Shown one piece after another: positions 19,157-27,959 of a stretch of 64,000 nt of DNA. Origin of the DNA: Lachnospiraceae bacterium (GTDB lineage Bacteria > Bacillota > Clostridia > Lachnospirales > Lachnospiraceae); the NCBI GenBank assembly GCA_024684675.1, contig JAIKWO010000134.1, positions 920 to 64,919 of the forward strand, given 5' to 3'. The translations under genes were made by a program, and so were the position numbers. Under the pieces are notes generated by a model. It was not told where the DNA came from. It searched no databases and saw only the letters and a program-made list of their open reading frames with translations. Positions within the stretch are counted from its first letter, which is position 1. The number at the start of each line of letters is the position of its first letter.

Positions 19157-19226
19157 TGGGCTCTTGGGGACGGGGTTCGTGGCTCACTTTTCAAAGTGAG
19201 CCACGAACCCCGTCCCCAAGAGCCCA
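19157..19226. repeat. REP-like perfect 34-bp inverted repeat
   Basis: TGGGCTCTTGGGGACGGGGTTCGTGGCTCACTTT-TC-AAAGTGAGCCACGAACCCCGTCCCCAAGAGCCCA; a partial second copy lies at 1067-1096. Confidence 0.85.
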
Positions 19227-19231
19227 TTTTG

Positions 19232-19260
19232 GTGATAACCACACCTTATCACTGATGATA
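19232..19260 (+). promoter_or_regulatory. LysR (CmbR/CysR-type) binding box upstream of metY
   Basis: TGATA(19233)-N9-TATCA-N4-TGATA(19260), matching the streptococcal CmbR-type motif for sulfur amino-acid genes. Confidence 0.65.
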
Positions 19261-19345
19261 AAACCAAACGATTTTTCATTTGCCTAGTAGGGTGGTAGTA
19301 TAAAAACAACTTAAGAAAACCACCGAAAAAGGAGAGGAAAATATC

Positions 19346-20626
19346 ATGAGCGATTACAGATTTGAAACATTACCGTTACACGTTGGACAGGAACAGGCAG
19401 ATCCGGCTACGGATTCCAGAGCGGTTCCGATTTACCAGACCACATCTTACGTATTCCATAACAGCAAACACGCGGCAGACCGTTTCGGTCTTGCTGATGC
19501 GGGTAATATCTACGGCAGACTGACCAACACAACGCAGGACGTTCTCGAAAAGAGGATCGCAGCACTTGAAGGCGGCAGCGGCGCACTTGCACTTGCATCC
19601 GGCGCAGCAGCGATCACATACACGATCGAAGCACTTGCAGCAAACGGCGGTCATATCGTAGCGCAGAAGACGATCTACGGCGGCAGCTACAACCTGTTGG
19701 CACACACACTTCCGCAGTACGGCATCGAGACAACTTTTGTAGACGCACACAACCTTAGCGAACTGGAAGGCGCGATCAAAGACAATACAAGAGCTGTATA
19801 CCTCGAGACACTTGGCAATCCGAACAGTGACATTCCGAACATCGATGCCATCGCCGAGATCGCACACAAACACGGCATCCCGGTTGTTGTAGACAACACA
19901 TTCGGTACACCGTATCTGATCAGACCGATCGAGCACGGCGCTGATATCGTGGTACACTCCGCGACCAAATTCATCGGCGGCCACGGTACAACTCTCGGTG
20001 GTATCATCGTAGAATCCGGCAAATTCAACTGGAAAGCAAGCGGAAAGTATCCGAACATTGCGGAGCCTAACCCGAGCTACCACGGCGTTTCCTTCTATGA
20101 TGTAGTAGGACCGGTTGCGTTTGTAACATACATTCGTGCTATCCTCCTTCGAGACACCGGTGCAACGATCTCTCCGTTCAACGCATTCCTTCTTCTGCAG
20201 GGTGTTGAGACGCTTTCCTTAAGACTTGAGCGTCACGCTGAGAACACCAAGAAGGTTGTAGAGTTCTTGAAGAACCATCCGAAGGTAGAGAAGGTAAATC
20301 ACCCTTCTATCGCGGATCATCCGGATCACGAACTGTATAAGAAATACTTCCCGAACGGCGGCGGTTCCATTTTCACCTTTGATATCAAAGGCGGCAAGGA
20401 CGAAGCGTGGAAATTCATTGACAACCTGCAGATTTTCTCCCTTCTTGCAAACGTAGCGGATGTAAAGAGCCTTGTGATCCATCCGGCTTCTACAACGCAT
20501 TCACAGTTGTCCGAGGAGGAACTCTCCGACCAGGGTATCAACCAGAACACAATCCGTCTTTCCATCGGTACGGAGCATGTGGATGATATCATCGCAGACC
20601 TCGAAAAAGGTTTTGCGGCAATTTAG
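19346..20626 (+). CDS. metY: O-acetylhomoserine/O-acetylserine sulfhydrylase (PLP-dependent)
   Basis: AVPIYQTTSY, IYGRL-x-N, DNTF, PLP lysine in HSATKFIGGHG, LANVADVKSLVIHPASTTH, IRLSIGTE. Confidence 0.93.
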   Translation: MSDYRFETLPLHVGQEQADPATDSRAVPIYQTTSYVFHNSKHAADRFGLADAGNIYGRLTNTTQDVLEKRIAALEGGSGALALASGAAAITYTIEALAANGGHIVAQKTIYGGSYNLLAHTLPQYGIETTFVDAHNLSELEGAIKDNTRAVYLETLGNPNSDIPNIDAIAEIAHKHGIPVVVDNTFGTPYLIRPIEHGADIVVHSATKFIGGHGTTLGGIIVESGKFNWKASGKYPNIAEPNPSYHGVSFYDVVGPVAFVTYIRAILLRDTGATISPFNAFLLLQGVETLSLRLERHAENTKKVVEFLKNHPKVEKVNHPSIADHPDHELYKKYFPNGGGSIFTFDIKGGKDEAWKFIDNLQIFSLLANVADVKSLVIHPASTTHSQLSEEELSDQGINQNTIRLSIGTEHVDDIIADLEKGFAAI

Positions 20627-20662
20627 TAAAAAATAACTCCCTTATCTGAATAATGACTGATA

Positions 20663-20706
20663 AACACGCCCCTGGAGCAGTTGAAGACTGCAACAGGGGC
20701 GTGTTA
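20663..20706 (+). terminator. Stem-loop terminator after metY
   Basis: AACACGCCCCTG...CAGGGGCGTGTT long stem. Confidence 0.6.
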
Positions 20707-20781
20707 TAATTATTTGTATGATTTTAACTGGACTTGTGCGATCTTTCTTTTGAGCATGGCGTAGAGGAGGATGCTGCGAAG

Positions 20782-23700
20782 ATGCGAGGAATGATCTTTT
20801 GTAAAAAAGGTGTAGCCGCACTGCTTACGGCTCTGTGCATATGGTCTGTGCTTCCGGTTGGCGTGGTATCCGCCGCCGAAAATGCAGATACCAAAGAAGC
20901 GCCTCCGGATGTTCAGAATATCTATGGTGGTGGGTATGCCGTAACGGGTCAGCTTCCGAATGTCGGATATCAGGCGAAGCTGTATGATGCCTCCAACGGT
21001 CTCCCGACGTCCGATGCAAACTGTGTGCTGGGCGCGAGCGATGGTTATGTCTATATAGGCGGTTACAGCGGTATCATCCGTTATGACGGCTCTTCTTTTG
21101 AACATCTGGATGCGACAGACGGCTTAACGAGCGGTCGTGCGATCTTTGAAGATGACAAGCACAGACTTTGGGTCGGTACCAACGATAACGGCGTTGTCGT
21201 TTTGGACGGAGAATCGAGACGACATTATACATACGAAGACGGGCTGCCTTCTTCTTCGATCAGGACATTTGCGCAGGGAAGTGATGGAAACATCTATATC
21301 GGTACAACGAGCGGGATCGTGTATGCAGACAGTGCTGATACGCTGCGCCGATTAAGCGATGGAAGACTCAACAGCCAGATTATCTCACGTATGGCCTCCG
21401 GCCCGGATGGCAAGGTATACGGAAGTACAAAGAACGGCGATATTTTTGTCATCGAAAACGAAAAGTTGACAGCATTCCACACGAGTGCGGAGATCGGTGT
21501 CGGAATGATCTCCACGATTTTCCCGGATCCCAGAAAAGCAGGAAAAGTCTACCTCGGAACGGAATCGAAATATGTATACCACGGCGTATTCGGCAAGAGA
21601 AAAGATTCACTTACAAAGATCAATGTGTCACCGGCTGATTCGATCTACTACATTGATTTTGCGTGCGGACGGATCTGGATCACATCGGAAAACACGGCGG
21701 GGTATATCGACAGGTTCAATGTCTTTCATGAATTGACCAATGTTCCGATGGACAATTCGATCGACATGATGGCGGCGGATTACCAGGGGAATCTGTGGTT
21801 TGCTTCCTCAAGGCAGGGCGCCATGAAGGTGGTCACGAGCAATTTCCGTGATCTTACGGCGGAAACGGACATTGACTTCGGCACGGTGAATGCAACCTGC
21901 TTAAGCGCCGGTAGACTCTATGTCGGCACGGACAGCGGACTTTTTATTCTGGATCGTGATATGAATCCGGTGCAGAATGCGCTGACTGAATATCTGGGAC
22001 AGAACCGTATCCGCTGTATCACCGAAGACCGCAAAGGAAATCTTTGGGTTTCCACATATACAAACGAACTCGGCCTTGTATGCTACACGACGGATCATCA
22101 GATCGAATCTTATACGGTCAAGAACGGGATGCCCGATAACAGAGTGCGGGAATCCAAGGTTGCCAAGGATGGATCACTCCTCGTGTGCACGAACGGCGGT
22201 CTTGCGATCATCAAGGACGGAAAGATCGTGCAGACGGTCGTGACCTCTCAAATTGTAAGGAATACTGTCTTCCTGACAGTCTGCGAAGACGATGACGGAA
22301 CGCTCTACCTTGGATCGGACGGCGACGGCATCTATGTGATCGACGAGACGGGGACGCACAGGATCGGCAGAGAGGACGGGCTGACAAGTGATGTCATCCT
22401 CAAGATCAAGAAGGATCCGGAGAATGGCGTTTTATGGATCGTTACGTCCAACTCGTTCGAGTATATGCGAGACGGTCAGATCACGAACGTTGATACATTC
22501 CCGTACAACAATAACTTTGATATATTCACTGACATGACGGGAGACATTTGGGTTCTCTCATCTAACGGCATCTATTGCGTGAACGGGCAGGATGCTATCC
22601 GCAACGAGATAAAAGACTACAAGCTCTATACGCTTGCAAACGGCCTTCCGGGCGCTCCGACGAGCAATTCCTTCTCGGCAATGGACGGGAACGGCAATCT
22701 CTATATGACGGCGAGAACCGGCGTCTGCTTGGTCAACATATATCATTTCTTTGAGCAGGATGCGAAGATCAAGACGGCGATCAAATCGATCAGTTTTAAT
22801 GATGAGCCGATCCTGCCGGATGCTTCCGGCAAGTATACGATCCCGGCATCGGTAGGTCGTATTCAGATCACGCCTGCGATTCTGGACTATACGATGACCA
22901 ATCCGCTCGTCCACATCTATCTTGAAGGGGAGGACGAGACCGGCATCACCTGTGAGCAGAGTGATCTTGTGGCACTGGAATACACGAATCTTGCGTACGG
23001 CAAATACAAGCTCCATATCGAGATTCTTGAAAAAACGACGAAACGCATCCTGCAGGATGAAGTGACTGCCATCGAAAAATTGCCGCGTGTGACGGAACTT
23101 CTGATCGTCCGGCTTTTGCTTTTGGTGCTTCTTGCTCTCGTAGCAGGTCTCATCGTATGGTGGGTGATGCGTACGACGATCATTCGCAGGCAGTATGCCG
23201 AGATCCGTGCGGCAAAGGATGAAGCCGAACGGGCGAACTCTGCAAAATCCCGCTTCCTTGCCAATATGTCTCATGAGATCCGTACCCCGATCAACACGAT
23301 CATGGGCATGAATGAGATGGTGATGCGAGAGGATGCAACGGGTGTTCCGAAGGGCTATTTCATGTCGATGATGAACTATGCGTTTGATATACGGAACGCG
23401 TCCGAATCACTGCTTAGTCTGATCAATGACCTTCTCGATATCTCCAAGATCGAATCCGGCAAGATGCATCTTGTCGAGCAGGAATATGATGTGCAGGAGA
23501 TGCTCAGATCCATCATTTCGATGATCCGCGTCAGAAGCAATGAAAAGGATCTGACATTTGACGTTGTGGTTGATGAGGCTGTGCCGAGTCGTCTCTATGG
23601 AGATGTCGGCAAGATCAAGCAGATCGTTCTGAACCTGCTGACGAATGCCGTGAAGTATACCAGAGAGGGAGGGTTTGTACTCCGCGTCTCCATGGAAGAG

Positions 23701-25041
23701 CGCGCGGATGAGAGCGCCGGCCTTCGCTTCTCGGTTAAGGATACCGGAATCGGCGTCAAGGAAGAAGATCTGGAAAAGCTTTTTACGGCATACGAACGAC
23801 TGGATGAAGAAAAAAACAGTGCCATTCAGGGAACCGGTCTCGGACTGGATATCTCGCGCAGATTTGCAGAGCTGATGGGAGGGCACCTTTGGTGCGAAAG
23901 CGTTTACGGCGAAGGATCGGAATTTATCCTAACCGTCTCGCAGCGAATTATTGATGAGACACCGATCGGTGCATTCAGCGAGCATGCCGATCACGAGGTG
24001 AAAGGACCGTATGTACCGAAGTTTGTCGCACCGGATGCCAATATCCTGGTGGTGGATGATGAGCCGATGAATCTGAATGTGATCAAGTCGCTCTTAAAGG
24101 CAACGAAGGTCTTGGTTGCGACCGCTTCCGGCGGAAAAGAGGCTCTTGAAAAGATCAGGGATCATCATTTTGATGTGGTTCTGCTCGATCATATGATGCC
24201 CGGAATGGATGGTATAGAGACCGTTGCAAAGATTCGGGAAGGCTATCCCGACCTGCCGGTTTATGCGCTTACCGCAAACTCTACAGCTGGGGAAGAGTTC
24301 TATCAATCGAAAGGCTTTAACGGATATCTGTCTAAACCGATTGAATGCGAGGTCCTGGAGGAAACGCTGATGCGCCATCTGCCTGAAGAGATGATGCAGC
24401 AGCCGGAGGCATTCATCGATGCGGAAGAATTGACAGAGATACCGGAGAATCTGAAGTGGATCTACGAGACGGATGGTATCACAGTAGAAGAGGGTATTCA
24501 AAACTCCGGTGGCGTTTCAAACTATATTATTGCATTGGAACTGTTCCTGGATACGATTGACGAAAGTGCAAAGGTCCTGAAGGAAGCGTATGGGACGCAG
24601 AACTTCAAGCTTTATACGATCAAGGTGCATGCGCTGAAGAGCTCAGCACGTATCATCGGCGCAACGGAGCTCTCTGAATTAGCAGCAAGTCTTGAGGACG
24701 CCGGTAACCGTCAGGATATCGATTATATCGATCAGCATGCAGATGAGCTGATGACGCAGTATCTGGCGTTCAAGGAAAAACTGCGCGGGATAAAGGAGAC
24801 GGCAGATAACGACGAGCGTGAGATGATTCCGGAAGAGGAGCTTTCTGATGCGTACGGTGCGCTTCGTGAGGTGATCCCGCAGATGGATTACGATGCTGTA
24901 GAGATGATTCTGGATAATCTCAAAGAATACAAACTGCCAAAGGAGGATGCCGAGAAGATCGAGAAGATCTCGATCATGCTGAAGAGCTTTGACTGGGACG
25001 GTATGGAGAAACTGTTTAGCGAAGAAGCGGCAGAGGGGTAA
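20782..25041 (+). CDS. Hybrid sensor histidine kinase: extracellular beta-propeller repeats + Y_Y_Y-like domain, TM, HisKA, HATPase, REC, HPt
   Basis: Signal peptide; repeated GL(P/T)S...D-x-x-G-x-(L/I)W propeller units; MSHEIRTP, NLLTNAVKYT, DTGIG, GTGLGL; REC VVDD...LLDHMMP...KP; HPt VHALKSSARIIGA. Start is uncertain (20782 or 20791). Confidence 0.92.
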   Translation: MRGMIFCKKGVAALLTALCIWSVLPVGVVSAAENADTKEAPPDVQNIYGGGYAVTGQLPNVGYQAKLYDASNGLPTSDANCVLGASDGYVYIGGYSGIIRYDGSSFEHLDATDGLTSGRAIFEDDKHRLWVGTNDNGVVVLDGESRRHYTYEDGLPSSSIRTFAQGSDGNIYIGTTSGIVYADSADTLRRLSDGRLNSQIISRMASGPDGKVYGSTKNGDIFVIENEKLTAFHTSAEIGVGMISTIFPDPRKAGKVYLGTESKYVYHGVFGKRKDSLTKINVSPADSIYYIDFACGRIWITSENTAGYIDRFNVFHELTNVPMDNSIDMMAADYQGNLWFASSRQGAMKVVTSNFRDLTAETDIDFGTVNATCLSAGRLYVGTDSGLFILDRDMNPVQNALTEYLGQNRIRCITEDRKGNLWVSTYTNELGLVCYTTDHQIESYTVKNGMPDNRVRESKVAKDGSLLVCTNGGLAIIKDGKIVQTVVTSQIVRNTVFLTVCEDDDGTLYLGSDGDGIYVIDETGTHRIGREDGLTSDVILKIKKDPENGVLWIVTSNSFEYMRDGQITNVDTFPYNNNFDIFTDMTGDIWVLSSNGIYCVNGQDAIRNEIKDYKLYTLANGLPGAPTSNSFSAMDGNGNLYMTARTGVCLVNIYHFFEQDAKIKTAIKSISFNDEPILPDASGKYTIPASVGRIQITPAILDYTMTNPLVHIYLEGEDETGITCEQSDLVALEYTNLAYGKYKLHIEILEKTTKRILQDEVTAIEKLPRVTELLIVRLLLLVLLALVAGLIVWWVMRTTIIRRQYAEIRAAKDEAERANSAKSRFLANMSHEIRTPINTIMGMNEMVMREDATGVPKGYFMSMMNYAFDIRNASESLLSLINDLLDISKIESGKMHLVEQEYDVQEMLRSIISMIRVRSNEKDLTFDVVVDEAVPSRLYGDVGKIKQIVLNLLTNAVKYTREGGFVLRVSMEERADESAGLRFSVKDTGIGVKEEDLEKLFTAYERLDEEKNSAIQGTGLGLDISRRFAELMGGHLWCESVYGEGSEFILTVSQRIIDETPIGAFSEHADHEVKGPYVPKFVAPDANILVVDDEPMNLNVIKSLLKATKVLVATASGGKEALEKIRDHHFDVVLLDHMMPGMDGIETVAKIREGYPDLPVYALTANSTAGEEFYQSKGFNGYLSKPIECEVLEETLMRHLPEEMMQQPEAFIDAEELTEIPENLKWIYETDGITVEEGIQNSGGVSNYIIALELFLDTIDESAKVLKEAYGTQNFKLYTIKVHALKSSARIIGATELSELAASLEDAGNRQDIDYIDQHADELMTQYLAFKEKLRGIKETADNDEREMIPEEELSDAYGALREVIPQMDYDAVEMILDNLKEYKLPKEDAEKIEKISIMLKSFDWDGMEKLFSEEAAEG

Positions 25042-25044
25042 AAC

Positions 25045-25803
25045 ATGACAACGAAACGGATGGTGATCACAGGTGAAAAAGAGTCGTTCATGGTGCGTGT
25101 ACTTGCCAAGAAAGTGCAGGAGGGCGGTGTACAATGCGATTATGTGCCATTTTCGATCAATAAGCTGAATCCGGAGTTCGGTAAGGCATCACTCTTCATG
25201 CTGTTTATGGAGGAACATGCGCTTCCGAAAGAGGACGTGCTGCATTTTTTCAGGGATAGTCTGGAGGAAAAAGGCGGAAAACTCATGCTTGTAGGCGACC
25301 GTGAATCGATCACCTATGTGACGGATCGCATGCCGGGTGATTTTCTCTATAAGTCGTTTGAACGACCGATCGATAATGCAGCGTTTGCTGCATCTGTTTC
25401 GGATTTTTTTGAAAAGATCGCAACCGGAGAGTTTCGGAAGAGCATCATGATTGTGGATGATGATCCGCAGTACCTGTCGATCGTGAGGACGTGGCTGCGG
25501 GATGATTACAAAGTGTATATGGCCAATTCCGGTATGCAGGCGATTAAGATGCTTGCAAGTAACAAAGTCGATCTGATCCTTCTGGATCACGAGATGCCGA
25601 TCACGAGCGGGCCGCAAGTACTTGAGATGCTGCGGAGCGAGCATGAGACCAAGCATATTCCGGTCATCTTCCTGACGGGGAAAAGCGACAAGGAAAGTGT
25701 GATGGCGGTTGTGGCACTGCGACCGGAAGGCTACTTTTTAAAAACGATACAGCGGGAAGAATTGCTTGAGAAGATAAGGGAGTTTTTTGTTCTCCACAGC
25801 TAG
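25045..25803 (+). CDS. Response regulator with degenerate N-terminal receiver-like region and C-terminal REC, no DNA-binding domain
   Basis: IMIVDDD...LILLDHEMP...FLTG...FLK; starts 3 nt after the kinase stop. Confidence 0.85.
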   Translation: MTTKRMVITGEKESFMVRVLAKKVQEGGVQCDYVPFSINKLNPEFGKASLFMLFMEEHALPKEDVLHFFRDSLEEKGGKLMLVGDRESITYVTDRMPGDFLYKSFERPIDNAAFAASVSDFFEKIATGEFRKSIMIVDDDPQYLSIVRTWLRDDYKVYMANSGMQAIKMLASNKVDLILLDHEMPITSGPQVLEMLRSEHETKHIPVIFLTGKSDKESVMAVVALRPEGYFLKTIQREELLEKIREFFVLHS

Positions 25804-25900
25804 ATTTGCGTTATTGCTCCATTGGTTATAGAATAATGATGTTGCCACACGGATTCTGACCGATGCGGCAAAACAATGTGAGAGTTAAGAGAGAGAACAA

Positions 25901-26779
25901 ATGGCTTTTCATTTTCATAGAATAGGTGACCGGAAGGATGGGCGCCGGATCAGATCCATCGCACCTTTAAATCAGTTTATTCCGTACATCATGAAGTTCC
26001 GTAATGAGTCAACGAACTATTACGAGGAGAGCTTCAAGATCGATGAAGTCGACGCGCTGCTTCACGAGCTTCGACTGGAAGGGTACAAAGGGATCGGTCT
26101 GATGCATTTTACGATCGCATCGTATGTGCGTGCACTTGCAAAGCTTCCCGGATTGAATCGCTATATCGCAGGCCGCCGTATTTTCGCGAGACATAAGATC
26201 GAAGTGGCCATGATGGTCAAGCGTGAGATGTCGCTCCAAGGTGACGAGACTGCCATTAAGGTAGAGTTTGAACCGACCGATACACTGCTCGATGTCTATC
26301 GAAAGATGGATGCTGAGATCAGCAACATCAAGACGAATAAAGAAAGCAACGGTGCAGAGCTTCTGACAGCATTCTTCTGCAGCTTGCCTCGCCTTGTTCT
26401 GCAGTTTGCGATCACGCTTTTAAAACTGGCGGATTATTTTGATCTGATCCCGCGTTCCGTCTTGAAGGCAAGTCCGTTTCATGCGTCGTTGATGATCACG
26501 AACCTAGGCTCCCTGGGGATCTCGCCGGTGTTCCATCACCTTTACAATTTCGGAACGCTGCCGGCTTTTGTATCGTTTGGCGTGAAGCGCAGGATCTGCG
26601 AGATGAATGCCAAGGGGGAAGTGGAGTCCAATCAGTATATTGATTACAAATTCTCATTGGACGAGCGTATTGCGGATGGCATTTACTTCGCATCGTTCCT
26701 CCGTGAATTCAAGAAACCGTTCCATTCGCCGCGTGCGCTTCTTGTGCCGCCCGAGCGGATCGAGCAGGACGTGCGCTGA
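25901..26779 (+). CDS. Standalone 2-oxoacid dehydrogenase E2 catalytic-domain-like (CAT-fold) acyltransferase
   Basis: P-x-LN, ITNLGSLG and C-terminal SLDERIADG corresponding to the E2 DHRxxDG motif; no lipoyl domain. Confidence 0.7.
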   Translation: MAFHFHRIGDRKDGRRIRSIAPLNQFIPYIMKFRNESTNYYEESFKIDEVDALLHELRLEGYKGIGLMHFTIASYVRALAKLPGLNRYIAGRRIFARHKIEVAMMVKREMSLQGDETAIKVEFEPTDTLLDVYRKMDAEISNIKTNKESNGAELLTAFFCSLPRLVLQFAITLLKLADYFDLIPRSVLKASPFHASLMITNLGSLGISPVFHHLYNFGTLPAFVSFGVKRRICEMNAKGEVESNQYIDYKFSLDERIADGIYFASFLREFKKPFHSPRALLVPPERIEQDVR

Positions 26780-26790
26780 TTTTGACTTTT

Positions 26791-26822
26791 AAAGGCGGCC
26801 CGGAGACTCCGGACCGCTTTTT
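26791..26822 (+). terminator. Intrinsic terminator
   Basis: GCGG.CCGGAG / CTCCGG.CCGC stem followed by TTTTT. Confidence 0.75.
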
Positions 26823-26852
26823 CACAATTTATTGATGATAAGGAGAGAACTC

Positions 26853-27959
26853 ATGAAGATCATCCATTGCGCTGATCTGCATCTGGATTCCCGCATGACG
26901 ACAAATCTAGATCCCGATCGGGCGAAAGAACGAAAGATCGAACTTCTGAATACCTTCGGAAGGATGGTTTCCTATGCGGCGGAGCATGATGTGCGGGCGA
27001 TCCTGATCGCCGGCGATCTGTTCGATACGAATGCGATCTCGGCGCGGGCGCGCAACTATGTAAAGGACAGAATTGAAGCCAACCCCGATATTCTGTTCTT
27101 CTATCTGAAGGGCAATCATGACGCGAACGACAGCTTTACGGAGACATTTGAGTCGATTCCGGAGAATCTGAAACTCTTCTCGGATACATGGACACAGTAT
27201 GAACTGGAAGACGGCAGGATTGTGATCTATGGTATTGAGCTTACAAAAGAGAATGCGGGATCGGCATTCACAACACTTCTTCCGGCACCCGAGCCGGTCA
27301 ACATTGTGATGCTGCACGGGCAGGCGGGTGAATACCGCTCGAAGAATACGGCCGAGTCGATCGATCTGTCCGCTCTTCGTAACCGCAATATCGATTATCT
27401 GGCGCTTGGTCATGTCCATGAGATACAGGAGCAGCCGCTTCCGCCCCGTGGAAAGATGCGCTATCCCGGATGTCTGGAGGGACGAGGTTTTGATGAGTGC
27501 GGGACACACGGATTCTGGCTTCTTGATATTGACACCAATAACTCTACCATTACGGATGAGTTTATTCCGGCCGCATATAGGACGCTTTATGAGATCCATG
27601 TTGACTGTGCGGGGACAAAGACATCTCCGGAGATTCTGGAGCGTTGCCGCGATGCGATCCTTAAATCCGGTGCGACCGAACGTGACCTTTTAAAGCTCGT
27701 ATGGGACGGTGCGGTTGATATTGATTGTGAGAAAAGCCCTGAATTTGTGGCATCACAGCTTCGGGACGAGCACTATTTTCTCAAGATTTATGACAGGACG
27801 CAGACGCATGTCAATTACGAAGACTATGCGCTCGATGCATCGCTTAAGGGCGAATTCGTTCGCGCTGTCAAAGCGGACGAGACGCTTTCCGATGAGGAAA
27901 AGGCCGAGATCATCCGGTGCGGGATCAGAGCACTCGGCGGTGAGGAGATCGCGCTATGA
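26853..27959 (+). CDS. SbcD/Mre11-family metallophosphoesterase (YhaO-like DNA repair exonuclease)
   Basis: ADLH, AGDLFD, GNHD, LHG, ALGHVH, YPG...GRGFDE. Confidence 0.9.
   Translation: MKIIHCADLHLDSRMTTNLDPDRAKERKIELLNTFGRMVSYAAEHDVRAILIAGDLFDTNAISARARNYVKDRIEANPDILFFYLKGNHDANDSFTETFESIPENLKLFSDTWTQYELEDGRIVIYGIELTKENAGSAFTTLLPAPEPVNIVMLHGQAGEYRSKNTAESIDLSALRNRNIDYLALGHVHEIQEQPLPPRGKMRYPGCLEGRGFDECGTHGFWLLDIDTNNSTITDEFIPAAYRTLYEIHVDCAGTKTSPEILERCRDAILKSGATERDLLKLVWDGAVDIDCEKSPEFVASQLRDEHYFLKIYDRTQTHVNYEDYALDASLKGEFVRAVKADETLSDEEKAEIIRCGIRALGGEEIAL

Noticed and set aside
25840..25880. Weak hairpin (GTTGCC...GGCAAAAC) in the leader of the E2-like gene considered as a riboswitch
   Set aside because: Short and imperfect, with no aptamer consensus that I can recognise.
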